Assembly: GCA_040398005.1 (NCBI GenBank)
Contig: JBBAUX010000005.1
Span: 108,246-135,686 of the forward strand
From: Opitutales bacterium
Lineage (GTDB): Bacteria > Verrucomicrobiota > Verrucomicrobiia > Opitutales > UBA953
Reading direction: 5' to 3'
Length of the DNA: 27,441 bases
A model generated the notes under the pieces. It was not told where the DNA came from and made no database searches. It saw only the letters and a list, made by a program, of their open reading frames with translations. Both the position numbers and the translations under genes were made by a program. Position 1 is the stretch's first letter; each line of letters starts with the position of its first letter. Of the stretch, positions 9,418-17,669 are shown in pieces.

Positions 9418-10539
9418 GTGCGTTTACTCGATCGTTATATTCTCTCAGAATGGGCCAAGGTTTTTAGCCTCTGCTTTGCGAGTTTTTGCGGAATTCTCAT
9501 TATATCCGAAGCCTATAATTGGATTCCTGAATTCATTAATCTAAAAACCTCTGTTTTAAACGTCCTTATTTATTTCTTTTATAGCATCGTAATCCGAATT
9601 TCAACGATTGTGCCGATTTCGTTGATGGTCTCCACAGTGTTTGTTTTGACCACCATGAATCGCAATCAAGAGCTCGCTGCATTGCGTGCCGCGGGAGTGG
9701 GCATCGCGAGAATCACCGCTCCGCTCTGGTGGGTCGGCGGAATTTTCACCGCGCTACTTATTTTACTCAATGCGGTGTTCGTACCTGATGTGATTGAAGC
9801 ACAGAACAGTCTGCTCGAACGTGAACAGTTTAACGCCCTACGTGCTAAGAATGTAACTGTATTGCCTTCGGGCCAGTCGGACTTCGTCTCATTCGAAAAT
9901 ACCAAGAAGCACCGCTTTTGGCTGATTACCCGCTTGGGTTTAACGACCGGTCAGGCCTTCGAGGTATCCGTAGATTCGTTCGACGAAAAGGGTCGTCGTA
10001 TTCGGAGTATTAAGGCCGACTTTGCAGAATTTAAAAAAATAAATAATCAATGGGTCTGGATTTTTAAAGAGGGCCGCGACCTAAAATTTAACGCTGAGAC
10101 GGGTTCTCTTTTATCGCAGCCACGTTTTAAGGAATTAAATATTCCTGATTATGATGAGGATCCTGAGGTAATGCTTTTTGCGAAACGTGATCCCGATACG
10201 CTATCCTTTCGTGAAGTGAATCGATTTGTGGATCAAACAGGTAGCAATGCGGGTGGACGTAATGCTGCTTATGCGATGCGCTATCACTCGATTCTGGCTG
10301 CACCCGCCATCTGTTTGGTGGTGATTGCTGTGGCTATTCCCTTCTCGGTGGTCGGAGGTCGCGTGAGTCCGATGGTGGGCGTGGCGAAAGTCTTTGGTCT
10401 GTTTCTATTATTCTATTTTATATCGGCACTCTGTAACGCCTTTGGTAACAGCGGAGCGATTCCGCCTATGATTGCTGCATGGTTGCCGGTTATACTCACT
10501 ATTCTTTGGATCACGCCCAAACTTAGGGCTGTAAATTAA
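9418..10539 (+). CDS. LptF/LptG-family LPS export permease (GTG 9418 preferred over TTG 9376)
   Basis: RLLDRYIL N-terminus, three TM segments, MNRNQELAALRAAGVG signature, periplasmic beta-rich region, three further TMs, IPPMIAAWLP. Confidence 0.9.
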   Translation: MRLLDRYILSEWAKVFSLCFASFCGILIISEAYNWIPEFINLKTSVLNVLIYFFYSIVIRISTIVPISLMVSTVFVLTTMNRNQELAALRAAGVGIARITAPLWWVGGIFTALLILLNAVFVPDVIEAQNSLLEREQFNALRAKNVTVLPSGQSDFVSFENTKKHRFWLITRLGLTTGQAFEVSVDSFDEKGRRIRSIKADFAEFKKINNQWVWIFKEGRDLKFNAETGSLLSQPRFKELNIPDYDEDPEVMLFAKRDPDTLSFREVNRFVDQTGSNAGGRNAAYAMRYHSILAAPAICLVVIAVAIPFSVVGGRVSPMVGVAKVFGLFLLFYFISALCNAFGNSGAIPPMIAAWLPVILTILWITPKLRAVN

Positions 10540-10540
10540 A

Positions 10541-11695
10541 ATGCTGCAAACTCTACGTCTCAAAGCGGGCCCTCCGGCTCGCGTTCTTTTTGGTCACCCC
10601 TGGGCATTTCTCGGGGAAATAATTACCAATGGTCCATTGCCTAAATCGGGTGAGTGTGTGGAGCTCCTTGATCTCAAAGGCAAAAGTATCGGTTCTGGTC
10701 TTTGGAGTAGTAAGTCTCAAATCGCGTGGCGCCGTTATTCCCACCGATTGGTTTCGTTGGATGGCCCGTTACTCGATGAACTGATTGTGACAGCGATTCG
10801 CCGTCGTGCTAACAAACCTTTCTGTCGCCTCATTTGGTCGGAGGCGGATAATTTACCAGGCTTGGTTGTGGATCGTTACAACGATTTGCTTTCGGTGCAG
10901 GCTCTGACTTTTGGCATCGATCAACGCTTGCCCCAAATTATCGACTGTTTGAAACGCGAGTTGCAACCCCGTGAAATCGTGATTCGCAATGACGCTTCAG
11001 TTCGAGAACTTGAAGGCTTAGAGAGTAGCATCACAACCGCCTCGGGCAACCCACTCGAACCGTGCTGGATGAAGATAGGGGATATCGAAGCCCGCGTTGA
11101 TTTAGTGGGCGGTCAGAAAACGGGAATGTATCTCGACCAAATCGAACAGCATGTGCGCATCGCTCAATTCGCGAAAGGCCGTCGCGTGCTTGATGCTTTT
11201 TGTAATCAAGGTGGATTTGGCTTAGCCTGCGCGAAGGCCGAAGCTCTTTCCGTGCTGGGCTTGGATTCGTCGGAAGATGCTATTAAAGCCGCTCAGTTGG
11301 CCGCTGAACGAAATAGCCTCAATGCAAAATTTGAAGTCGCCAATGTGTTTGATTGGTTTGGTGCGAACCGCGAGGTGACCTTCGATTTGATTATCTTAGA
11401 CCCTCCACCATTCGCCCGCAGTAAGGAGTCGATCGACGGAGCGATGCGCGGATATAAAGAACTTAATTTGAGAGCTCTTCGCCTGTTATCACCGAAGGGT
11501 ATTCTTGCGACCTACTCCTGCTCGCATCGCATCTCCGATGAAATGTATTTTGACGTAATAGAATCCGCCGCTCGCGATGCTCGTCGCCAGGCCATACTGA
11601 TCGATCGCGTCTCTCAACCCTCCGATCACCCGATTCTCCTAAATTTCCCGGAAAGTCGTTATTTAAAAGGTTTTATTCTCGAAGTTCGGTCCTAA
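10541..11695 (+). CDS. Class I SAM-dependent methyltransferase, RlmI (23S m5C1962)-like with PUA domain
   Basis: GHPW, SEADNLPGLVVDRY, GQKTGMYLDQ, VLDAFCNQGGF, FDLIILDPPPF, TYSCS, DHP...PESRYLK. Confidence 0.9.
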   Translation: MLQTLRLKAGPPARVLFGHPWAFLGEIITNGPLPKSGECVELLDLKGKSIGSGLWSSKSQIAWRRYSHRLVSLDGPLLDELIVTAIRRRANKPFCRLIWSEADNLPGLVVDRYNDLLSVQALTFGIDQRLPQIIDCLKRELQPREIVIRNDASVRELEGLESSITTASGNPLEPCWMKIGDIEARVDLVGGQKTGMYLDQIEQHVRIAQFAKGRRVLDAFCNQGGFGLACAKAEALSVLGLDSSEDAIKAAQLAAERNSLNAKFEVANVFDWFGANREVTFDLIILDPPPFARSKESIDGAMRGYKELNLRALRLLSPKGILATYSCSHRISDEMYFDVIESAARDARRQAILIDRVSQPSDHPILLNFPESRYLKGFILEVRS

Positions 11696-11718
11696 TCATT
11701 ATTACTTAATCTGTACTC

Positions 11719-12318
11719 ATGATAGTTTCCCTCCGCGGCAAATTAATTGAAGCCTCTGTGCTTCGCGTTGTTATTGAATCTGCCGGCGTGGGCTATGAAG
11801 TAAATATTCCCGTAACGACGGCGGAACGCTTACCTAAAGTAGGTTCAGAAATATTTTTATTAATCCATCATGCCTTTCGTGAAGACGGCCAAGCGCTGTA
11901 TGGATTCGCCGTTCCGGAAGAGCGTGATTTTTTCCGTCTACTCGTCGAAAAAGTTTCGGGTGTCGGTCCGAAATTAGCGCTCACGATTTTAAGTCGCCTT
12001 TCCTTGCCTGTATTGTGCGATGCGATTTCACGGGGTGACGTGGCACTTTTATCTCAGTGTCCTGGTATTGGTAAAAAAACTGCCGAGCGTTTAGTCATCG
12101 AACTGCGCGATAAAGTAGGCGCCGGTTCTGGTACATCTTCAGTGGGTGCAAGTCTGCCCTCGGGTGTCCAACCTTCTGCGGTGTCCGATGCGGTCGCTGC
12201 CCTTATTGCTTTAGGTAATAAGGCCGTTGATGCAGATAAAGCTGTCCGTGCTGCTGTGTTAAAACTCGGTTCAGGCGCTACCGCAGATCAATTGGTGAAG
12301 GCTGCGTTGGGGAGGTAG
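11719..12318 (+). CDS. ruvA: Holliday junction branch migration protein RuvA
   Basis: MIVSLRGKL, GVGYEV, REDGQALYGF, VSGVGPKLA, PGIGKKTAERL, AVAALIALG. Confidence 0.97.
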   Translation: MIVSLRGKLIEASVLRVVIESAGVGYEVNIPVTTAERLPKVGSEIFLLIHHAFREDGQALYGFAVPEERDFFRLLVEKVSGVGPKLALTILSRLSLPVLCDAISRGDVALLSQCPGIGKKTAERLVIELRDKVGAGSGTSSVGASLPSGVQPSAVSDAVAALIALGNKAVDADKAVRAAVLKLGSGATADQLVKAALGR

Positions 12319-12322
12319 TAAT

Positions 12323-12398
12323 AATTGAGGGGACACGTGGGCAAGGTGACACGGGGACATGGGGAGATGAAAGGACGCGACGCAGTCGCGCCCTTACC
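12323..12398 (+). repeat. Composite repeat copy 2
   Basis: AATT-GAG-GGGACACG-TGGGCAAG-GTGACACG-GGGACATG-GGGAGATG, then hairpin GGACGCGAC-GCA-GTCGCGCCC-TTACC (GTAA variant of GTAG on the minus strand). Confidence 0.9.
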
Positions 12399-12471
12399 TA
12401 TAAATTAAATATATTATGGTAAATTTATTATAGGAGATTAAAACTTTAGATATTAACCCCGACACATCCTC

Positions 12472-12903
12472 ATGCTCGCCAAGAAATTAGCTCTCGGTTT
12501 CGGTCTCGCCATCATTTTTCCGATGATGATTCATTACGGCGTCAGTACTTTTTCTCCCGCGCCTAAATGGGAGAACCATGAACAGAGAGAGGAATTTAAA
12601 CAACGATCTACTCCCGAGGAAAAGAAACAAAAAGAAGAGGCTAGGGAGCTTGCTCAAAAACAGTTTGAAAAACATCTCTACATGGTTGCTGTTCCACTCG
12701 GTCTGGTTGCCATTCTCATCGGAGCTTTTTCACGAGTTCAATCCATCGGCTCGGGATTAATGATCGGTGGAATTTTTTCGATTACCGACGGCTATATAAA
12801 CTACTGGAATCATTTAGCTGACTGGATGAGGTTTTTATCCCTCTTGGCTGCATTCGTCATCCTTCTCGTTGTTGGCTATAAGAAGATTGAGAAGGCTTCA
12901 TAA
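12472..12903 (+). CDS. Hypothetical membrane protein (about 4 hydrophobic segments, charged loop after the first)
   Basis: 143-aa ATG ORF fills the gap between two repeats, with a plausible TM pattern and an AT-rich upstream region (12399-12455). No functional motif recognised. Confidence 0.8.
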   Translation: MLAKKLALGFGLAIIFPMMIHYGVSTFSPAPKWENHEQREEFKQRSTPEEKKQKEEARELAQKQFEKHLYMVAVPLGLVAILIGAFSRVQSIGSGLMIGGIFSITDGYINYWNHLADWMRFLSLLAAFVILLVVGYKKIEKAS

Positions 12904-12904
12904 C

Positions 12905-13033
12905 GAGGGGACAAGCTGGCAAGGTGACACGGGGACACGGGGAGATGCATTTACATTCTTAGGAAGGTAGGGGCGCGACTGCGTCGCGTCCATGCACTAC
13001 CCCTTGCCAACTTGCCCACGTGTCCCCTCAATT
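12905..13033. repeat. Composite repeat copy 3 (two-armed form with inverted ends and internal GTAG hairpin)
   Basis: 12905-12947 matches 12327-12369 at 39/43 nt. GGTAG-GGGCGCGAC-TGC-GTCGCGTCC lies at 12966-12991. 13011-13033 is a perfect 23-bp reverse complement of 12323-12345. Confidence 0.9.
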
Positions 13034-13036
13034 CGA

Positions 13037-13780
13037 TTACTTCAACCCCAGGACGTCTTCCATCGAGTAGAGGCCGGCTGACTTGCCTTTAACCCAATGG
13101 GCGGCTCTGACAGCTCCACGTGCAAAGATTTCACGGTTCGCAGCTTTGTGCGTTAACTCAATGCGCTCACCTTCCGCAGCGAACATAACGGTGTGATCGC
13201 CTACAACATCGCCACCACGAATCGCATGAACTCCAATTTCACCCAGAGGGCGTTCACCGACTTGGCCTTCACGTCCGTGCTTCAGAGCATCAGCCGCGAG
13301 CTTACGTTCTTCGAGTAAAATTTTGAGTAAGGTTTCAGCCGTTCCACTCGGTGCATCTTTTTTAAGACGATGATGCATTTCGGTGACTTCAATATCCCAG
13401 CGACCTGCTTGGTTTAACGCACGAGCGGCTTGACGAACTAAAGCGTTAAGAAGGGTAACACCGACGGAATAATTTCCAGCCCAAACCACCGGAATACCTT
13501 TGATGGCTTCGGTGATTTGTTTTTTTTCTTCCGCGGTGTGTCCGGTGGTTCCGATGATTAAAGGCTTTTTGTGTTCTGCACAAATTTTAGCTACAGCGAG
13601 AGTGACGGAGTGAAGTGAAAAATCGATAACCACGTCGGCACCGCTGATGGATTTTTTCAAATCGTCACCTTGATCGAGTCCGGCAAACACGTGTGCGTTC
13701 TCGCTGCTAGCAATCGCGGTGATGGCTTGGCCCATGCGACCCTTGGCACCATTCAATAAGATTTGGAGGGAGTGGCTCAT
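13037..13780 (-). CDS. dapB: 4-hydroxy-tetrahydrodipicolinate reductase
   Basis: GAKGRMG, DVVIDFS, IGTTG, EMHHRLKKDAPSGTA, IRGGDVVGDH, FARGA. Overlaps the dapA stop (ATGA). Confidence 0.98.
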   Translation of the reverse strand: MSHSLQILLNGAKGRMGQAITAIASSENAHVFAGLDQGDDLKKSISGADVVIDFSLHSVTLAVAKICAEHKKPLIIGTTGHTAEEKKQITEAIKGIPVVWAGNYSVGVTLLNALVRQAARALNQAGRWDIEVTEMHHRLKKDAPSGTAETLLKILLEERKLAADALKHGREGQVGERPLGEIGVHAIRGGDVVGDHTVMFAAEGERIELTHKAANREIFARGAVRAAHWVKGKSAGLYSMEDVLGLK

Positions 13781-14703
13781 CGGATGGAAGACTTATAAGC
13801 GTCGGCGGTGGCTTCGACAAGTTTACGATTCGCCTCGGACATCTCACAGAGGGGGAGACGTACTTCGGCGGACTGGATTAACCGATCGCGATGCATCAAA
13901 TGTTTAACGGGCACTGGATTAGGCTCAACAAAGAGCACTTTGAAGATTTCGGCTAATTGATTATGCAGGACCTTGGCCTCGGCGAATTTCTTAGCTTGGA
14001 CCAGGTGGGCGAGTTTCGCCACCGGGGCGGGTAGCCAGTTTGAGGCCACCGAGATAATTCCTTGAGCGCCTACTTCACCAAAGGCTACCGTTAAGGAGTC
14101 GTCACCGCTGAGAACTAAAAATTCAGGGTCGAGCTCTTTGACTAAGCGTGCGGCTTTTTCCACCTGTCCGCCGGCTTCTTTGATACCGATGATATTACGA
14201 TGGGCTTTGCGCAGACGCACGACCGTTTCGGCGGCGATTTCGACTCCGCAACGACCAGGGATCGAATAAAGCATAATCGGCTTAGCAGTGGATTCGGCGA
14301 TCACTGCGAAGTGACGATAGAGACCCTCTTGGCTCGGCTTGTTGTAGTAAGGAGCAACAAGTAAAAATGCATCAGCTCCGACTTCTTCAGCACGCTTGGT
14401 TAAATCTAAAGCTTCGGTGGTGGCATTGGATCCCGTTCCAGCCATGACAGGTACGCGACCAGCGGAATACTCAACCATACGTTGAATCACTTCGATGTGC
14501 TCATCGTAACCAAGCGTGGGTGATTCGCCCGTGGTGCCCACGGAAATCAAACCATGGATTCCAGCGGCGATTTGGAAATCGACCAATTTCTTTAAATCAT
14601 CCCAAGCTACTTTGCCGTTCAGGAAAGGAGTAATCAGCGCTGTGTGTGCCCCTGCGTAAACTTTAGGGTCGTTGAAGCGAGTGGACTGGCTGGTGGATGA
14701 CAT
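13777..14703 (-). CDS. dapA: 4-hydroxy-tetrahydrodipicolinate synthase
   Basis: TALITPF, GTTGESPTL, GTGSNAT, PYYNKPSQEG, LYSIPGR, GIKEA, LSGDD, EPNPVPVK, RLPL. Confidence 0.98.
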   Translation of the reverse strand: MSSTSQSTRFNDPKVYAGAHTALITPFLNGKVAWDDLKKLVDFQIAAGIHGLISVGTTGESPTLGYDEHIEVIQRMVEYSAGRVPVMAGTGSNATTEALDLTKRAEEVGADAFLLVAPYYNKPSQEGLYRHFAVIAESTAKPIMLYSIPGRCGVEIAAETVVRLRKAHRNIIGIKEAGGQVEKAARLVKELDPEFLVLSGDDSLTVAFGEVGAQGIISVASNWLPAPVAKLAHLVQAKKFAEAKVLHNQLAEIFKVLFVEPNPVPVKHLMHRDRLIQSAEVRLPLCEMSEANRKLVEATADAYKSSIR

Positions 14704-14885
14704 CGTGCGTTGGGTCGACTAAAACAAACTCTTCAAAGCTTCGGCTGACAAACCAAAAGCCAGACTTTCACCTTAAATCTGAAATATTCTCAATCGAATC
14801 GGCTAGTTTGGCATGCTTTGCTGTTGGGTGAGCGATTTGAAAATAACCATTGAGCAAAGACTTAAATCGGATTGGTCTGATGTTC

Positions 14886-15665
14886 ATGGCCAAAGTTTTA
14901 CCATTAGCGGCACGTGAACTCGGCGGTAGTGGTTCACCGATTGTTATTTTACATGGTCTCTTAGGCTCATCGCGTAATTGGCAATCTGCGGGTGTGGCTC
15001 TCGCGGCGAGTGGACATCGCGTCATCGGATTAGACTTACGTAATCATGGAATCTCTCCCTGGGATGATGATTGTAGTTACACCGCTATGGCTGAAGACGT
15101 TTACACTTTCTTGCAGTCCGAAAAATTAGATTCTGTTCATCTGGTGGGACACAGTATGGGCGGAAAAGTCGCGATGCGTTTGGCGTTCAGTTATCCTAAA
15201 CTCGTGAGTCGTCTCACCATCGTTGATATCGCACCTCGTACTTACTCGGATCGCATACGGGTAGAATTTACGGCGATGAACTCGATTGATTTAACCAAGA
15301 TTAAATCTCGTCGTGACGCGGAGAATCAACTGATGGATACGGTCACTGACTGGGGGATGCGTCAGTTCATTTTAACCAATCTTAATAGTGATGAAAATGG
15401 CGTGTGGAAGTGGACGGTTAATCGCGAAGCCCTCACGCAATCCCTTCAATCCATTCTCGATTTTTCGATTAATGATAACGAGACTTTCAACGGCCCCACG
15501 CGCTTTATTCGCGGAGGTAAGTCGAATTACATCACGGACGCAGATACTATTTTAATTAAGAAACACTTTCCGGCTGCGGATTGGGTGACGTTGCCTGAGA
15601 GCGGACACAATCCGCACTTCGATTCTCGGACTGGGTTTGTGGATGTGGTTCTTGAAACTGACTAA
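14886..15665 (+). CDS. Alpha/beta hydrolase, YbfF/ABHD11-like esterase (start ATG 14880 or 14886)
   Basis: LHGLLGSSRNW, DLRNHG, GHSMGGK nucleophile elbow, VDIAP, RQFILTNL, GGKSNY, SGHNPH. Confidence 0.9.
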   Translation: MAKVLPLAARELGGSGSPIVILHGLLGSSRNWQSAGVALAASGHRVIGLDLRNHGISPWDDDCSYTAMAEDVYTFLQSEKLDSVHLVGHSMGGKVAMRLAFSYPKLVSRLTIVDIAPRTYSDRIRVEFTAMNSIDLTKIKSRRDAENQLMDTVTDWGMRQFILTNLNSDENGVWKWTVNREALTQSLQSILDFSINDNETFNGPTRFIRGGKSNYITDADTILIKKHFPAADWVTLPESGHNPHFDSRTGFVDVVLETD

Positions 15666-15699
15666 ACAAAAAGACCTTCCGGGTGGAAGGTCTTTGTTT
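15664..15699. terminator. Bidirectional intrinsic terminator between convergent esterase and sulfatase
   Basis: AAAGACCTTCC-GGGT-GGAAGGTCTTT with an A-tract on the left and a T-tract on the right. Confidence 0.85.
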
Positions 15700-15718
15700 G
15701 GAAGCACTTTAGTGAGAA

Positions 15719-17536
15719 TTACTTTGTGTTGGCTTTAATCCATTCAGCTTCACTGACATCGCCACTCTTGTCGGCGTCATAACGAACGAAACTCTTCTCG
15801 GTTTTGGCAGGATCTTTTTTGCGGACCGCTAAGAATTCTTCTTTGGTAACTTTGCCGTCTTTGTTTACGTCAGCTTTCTTGTAATCAGCAGAGATTTGTT
15901 CTGGGGTTTTAACTTCAGCAGGTACGGTTGTTGCAGGTGCGGTTGTTGTTCCACTGGCATTGACGCCACCAAACATGGTATCTTCGTCTTTACTCTTGGC
16001 TGTAGCGTCTGCGATTTTTACTTTCTTAGTTTTGCCAAAGACAACCGCATTAGGATTGGGTGCAGTGATGGCTGCAGGTAAGAATTTTGAAAGACGTTCA
16101 ATCACTGCTTTGTTTTCAGGCTTATTAGCTAAATTAACAGGCTCGGTCGGTGCATTTACCTCGTCGTATAATTCAGTATCATAAATCTTATTATCTTCGA
16201 TGCCGCGCCAGAGGATTAAGCGCCAGCGTTCGTCGCGGATACTGTAACCCATGACGTTACATTTGCCACCTTTGATGAAGCCATCTTTAACTGCTGTAGC
16301 TTCTTTGTTTGCTTTAGGATATTGGCTAATGGCTACTTCTTTAACCTTCACAGTCTGATTTTCTAAGACTGGGCGGAGTGATATGCCGTCCACATCAGGT
16401 TTAGGTAATCCGCAGAGATCAGCGAGGGTTGGATACACGTCCACAAATTCGACCAGGGAGTCGGACTTACCGTTCGCATTCTTCATATTGGGATAGCTAA
16501 CGATAAGGGGTACGCGAGTATCGGCTTCGAAGTTAGTATGTTTGCCCCACTCTTGGTGGTCGCCGAGTTTCCAGCCGTGATCGCCCCAGAGAACGATGAC
16601 AGTGCTATCAGCGAGGCCTTCTTTTTCTAAGGCATCAAGAACGATACCCAGATTAGCATCGGTGTAGCTGACGGCTGCGTAGTAACCATGACGCATGTCT
16701 TTGGTTAATTTTTCAGGCAGAGCAGTGAAGCTTTGTTTTTTCTCTTTAGGAGGAATGTTGGTGTAGGAGTGTAACTCACCGCTATCGCTATCGTTCGCAT
16801 AGAGCGGGGATCCTTCAGGGTATTTACTGCTGGTATCAGGTAGTTTATCGGCATCATACATATCCCAATATTTCTTAGGGGAAACGAAGGGGAGGTGAGG
16901 TTTGGAGAAACCAACTGCCAGGAAGAACGGGGAATCCTTTTTCTTTAATTCACCCAGAGTTTTTGCAGCGAGACGTGCAGTTTTTCCGTCAGTGTAAAAA
17001 TCATCGGGTACATCGCCGGCTTCGAATGCGGGACCTTTAATTTTTTCTGCACCGCTCTTTCGGGAGTTTTCAAGAGCTTGGCGATTTTCTGGCTTCGCAT
17101 AGATTTCAGCTTCAGGAGTTCCCCAGGGTACTGACCAACCCACAGCATCATCCTGACCACCGTGAAAAATTTTACCCATACCTTGAGAGAAGTATCCGTT
17201 CTTGATGAAGAACTGTCCGAGGGAGACCGCGTTGGGGAGGGCAGTACGGAAGTGTGTTTCTAAATCCCAAACGCGAGTGGCGTCCGGACGTTTACCCGTC
17301 ATGATGGATGCTCGTGATGGAGCACAAACGGCTTGTTGGCAGTAGGCGCGATTAAAAACCATGCCGCGTTTAGCGAGACGATCAAAGTTAGGGGTCTTGA
17401 TGGCAGTATTACCGTAACAACTTAATTCAGGACGAAGGTCATCAATGGCAATAAACAGCACATTCATTTTTTTCTCCTGAGCACAAAGCTGGGCGCTGAG
17501 TAGTCCGAGGGTTATTAAGGTAAGTAACTTTTTCAT
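15719..17536 (-). CDS. Secreted Cys-type sulfatase (iduronate-2-sulfatase-like) with C-terminal EF-hand pair
   Basis: Signal peptide MKKLLTLITLGLLSAQLCA (ATG 17536), NVLFIAIDDLRP, CAPSRASIMTG (CxPxR), GKIFH, KPHLPF, GDHGWKLG..WGKH. The tail carries DVNKDGKVTKEE and DADKSGDVSEAE. Confidence 0.93.
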   Translation of the reverse strand: MKKLLTLITLGLLSAQLCAQEKKMNVLFIAIDDLRPELSCYGNTAIKTPNFDRLAKRGMVFNRAYCQQAVCAPSRASIMTGKRPDATRVWDLETHFRTALPNAVSLGQFFIKNGYFSQGMGKIFHGGQDDAVGWSVPWGTPEAEIYAKPENRQALENSRKSGAEKIKGPAFEAGDVPDDFYTDGKTARLAAKTLGELKKKDSPFFLAVGFSKPHLPFVSPKKYWDMYDADKLPDTSSKYPEGSPLYANDSDSGELHSYTNIPPKEKKQSFTALPEKLTKDMRHGYYAAVSYTDANLGIVLDALEKEGLADSTVIVLWGDHGWKLGDHQEWGKHTNFEADTRVPLIVSYPNMKNANGKSDSLVEFVDVYPTLADLCGLPKPDVDGISLRPVLENQTVKVKEVAISQYPKANKEATAVKDGFIKGGKCNVMGYSIRDERWRLILWRGIEDNKIYDTELYDEVNAPTEPVNLANKPENKAVIERLSKFLPAAITAPNPNAVVFGKTKKVKIADATAKSKDEDTMFGGVNASGTTTAPATTVPAEVKTPEQISADYKKADVNKDGKVTKEEFLAVRKKDPAKTEKSFVRYDADKSGDVSEAEWIKANTK

Positions 17537-17669
17537 TATTAAGAGTATCGTTAGGTTAGGAAACACCTCCAAGGCTAACAAGTTCCAAAATCGTGAAATT
17601 GGCTTAAATAGAGCAAATTTTCGGAATCTTGCTATTTCGATTTAGGTAACCTACCGATGGAGCAACTGC

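Noticed and set aside
12323..13033. Repeats as a CRISPR mini-array
   Set aside because: Copies are dispersed, in mixed orientation, lack regular unique spacers, and no cas genes are present.
12898..13036. Possible integron attC site after the orphan gene (stop followed by TAAC, long imperfect hairpin)
   Set aside because: TCATAAC does not fit RYYYAAC, there is no matching GTTRRRY at the distal end, and no integrase is present. The REP-like interpretation fits better.
14704..14879. Lysine riboswitch upstream of dapA
   Set aside because: No recognisable conserved core, and the short gap must also hold two divergent promoters.
17643..17653. Short palindrome TAGGT-A-ACCTA upstream of tgt
   Set aside because: Single copy with 5-bp arms, expected by chance; no preQ1 riboswitch pattern recognised either.
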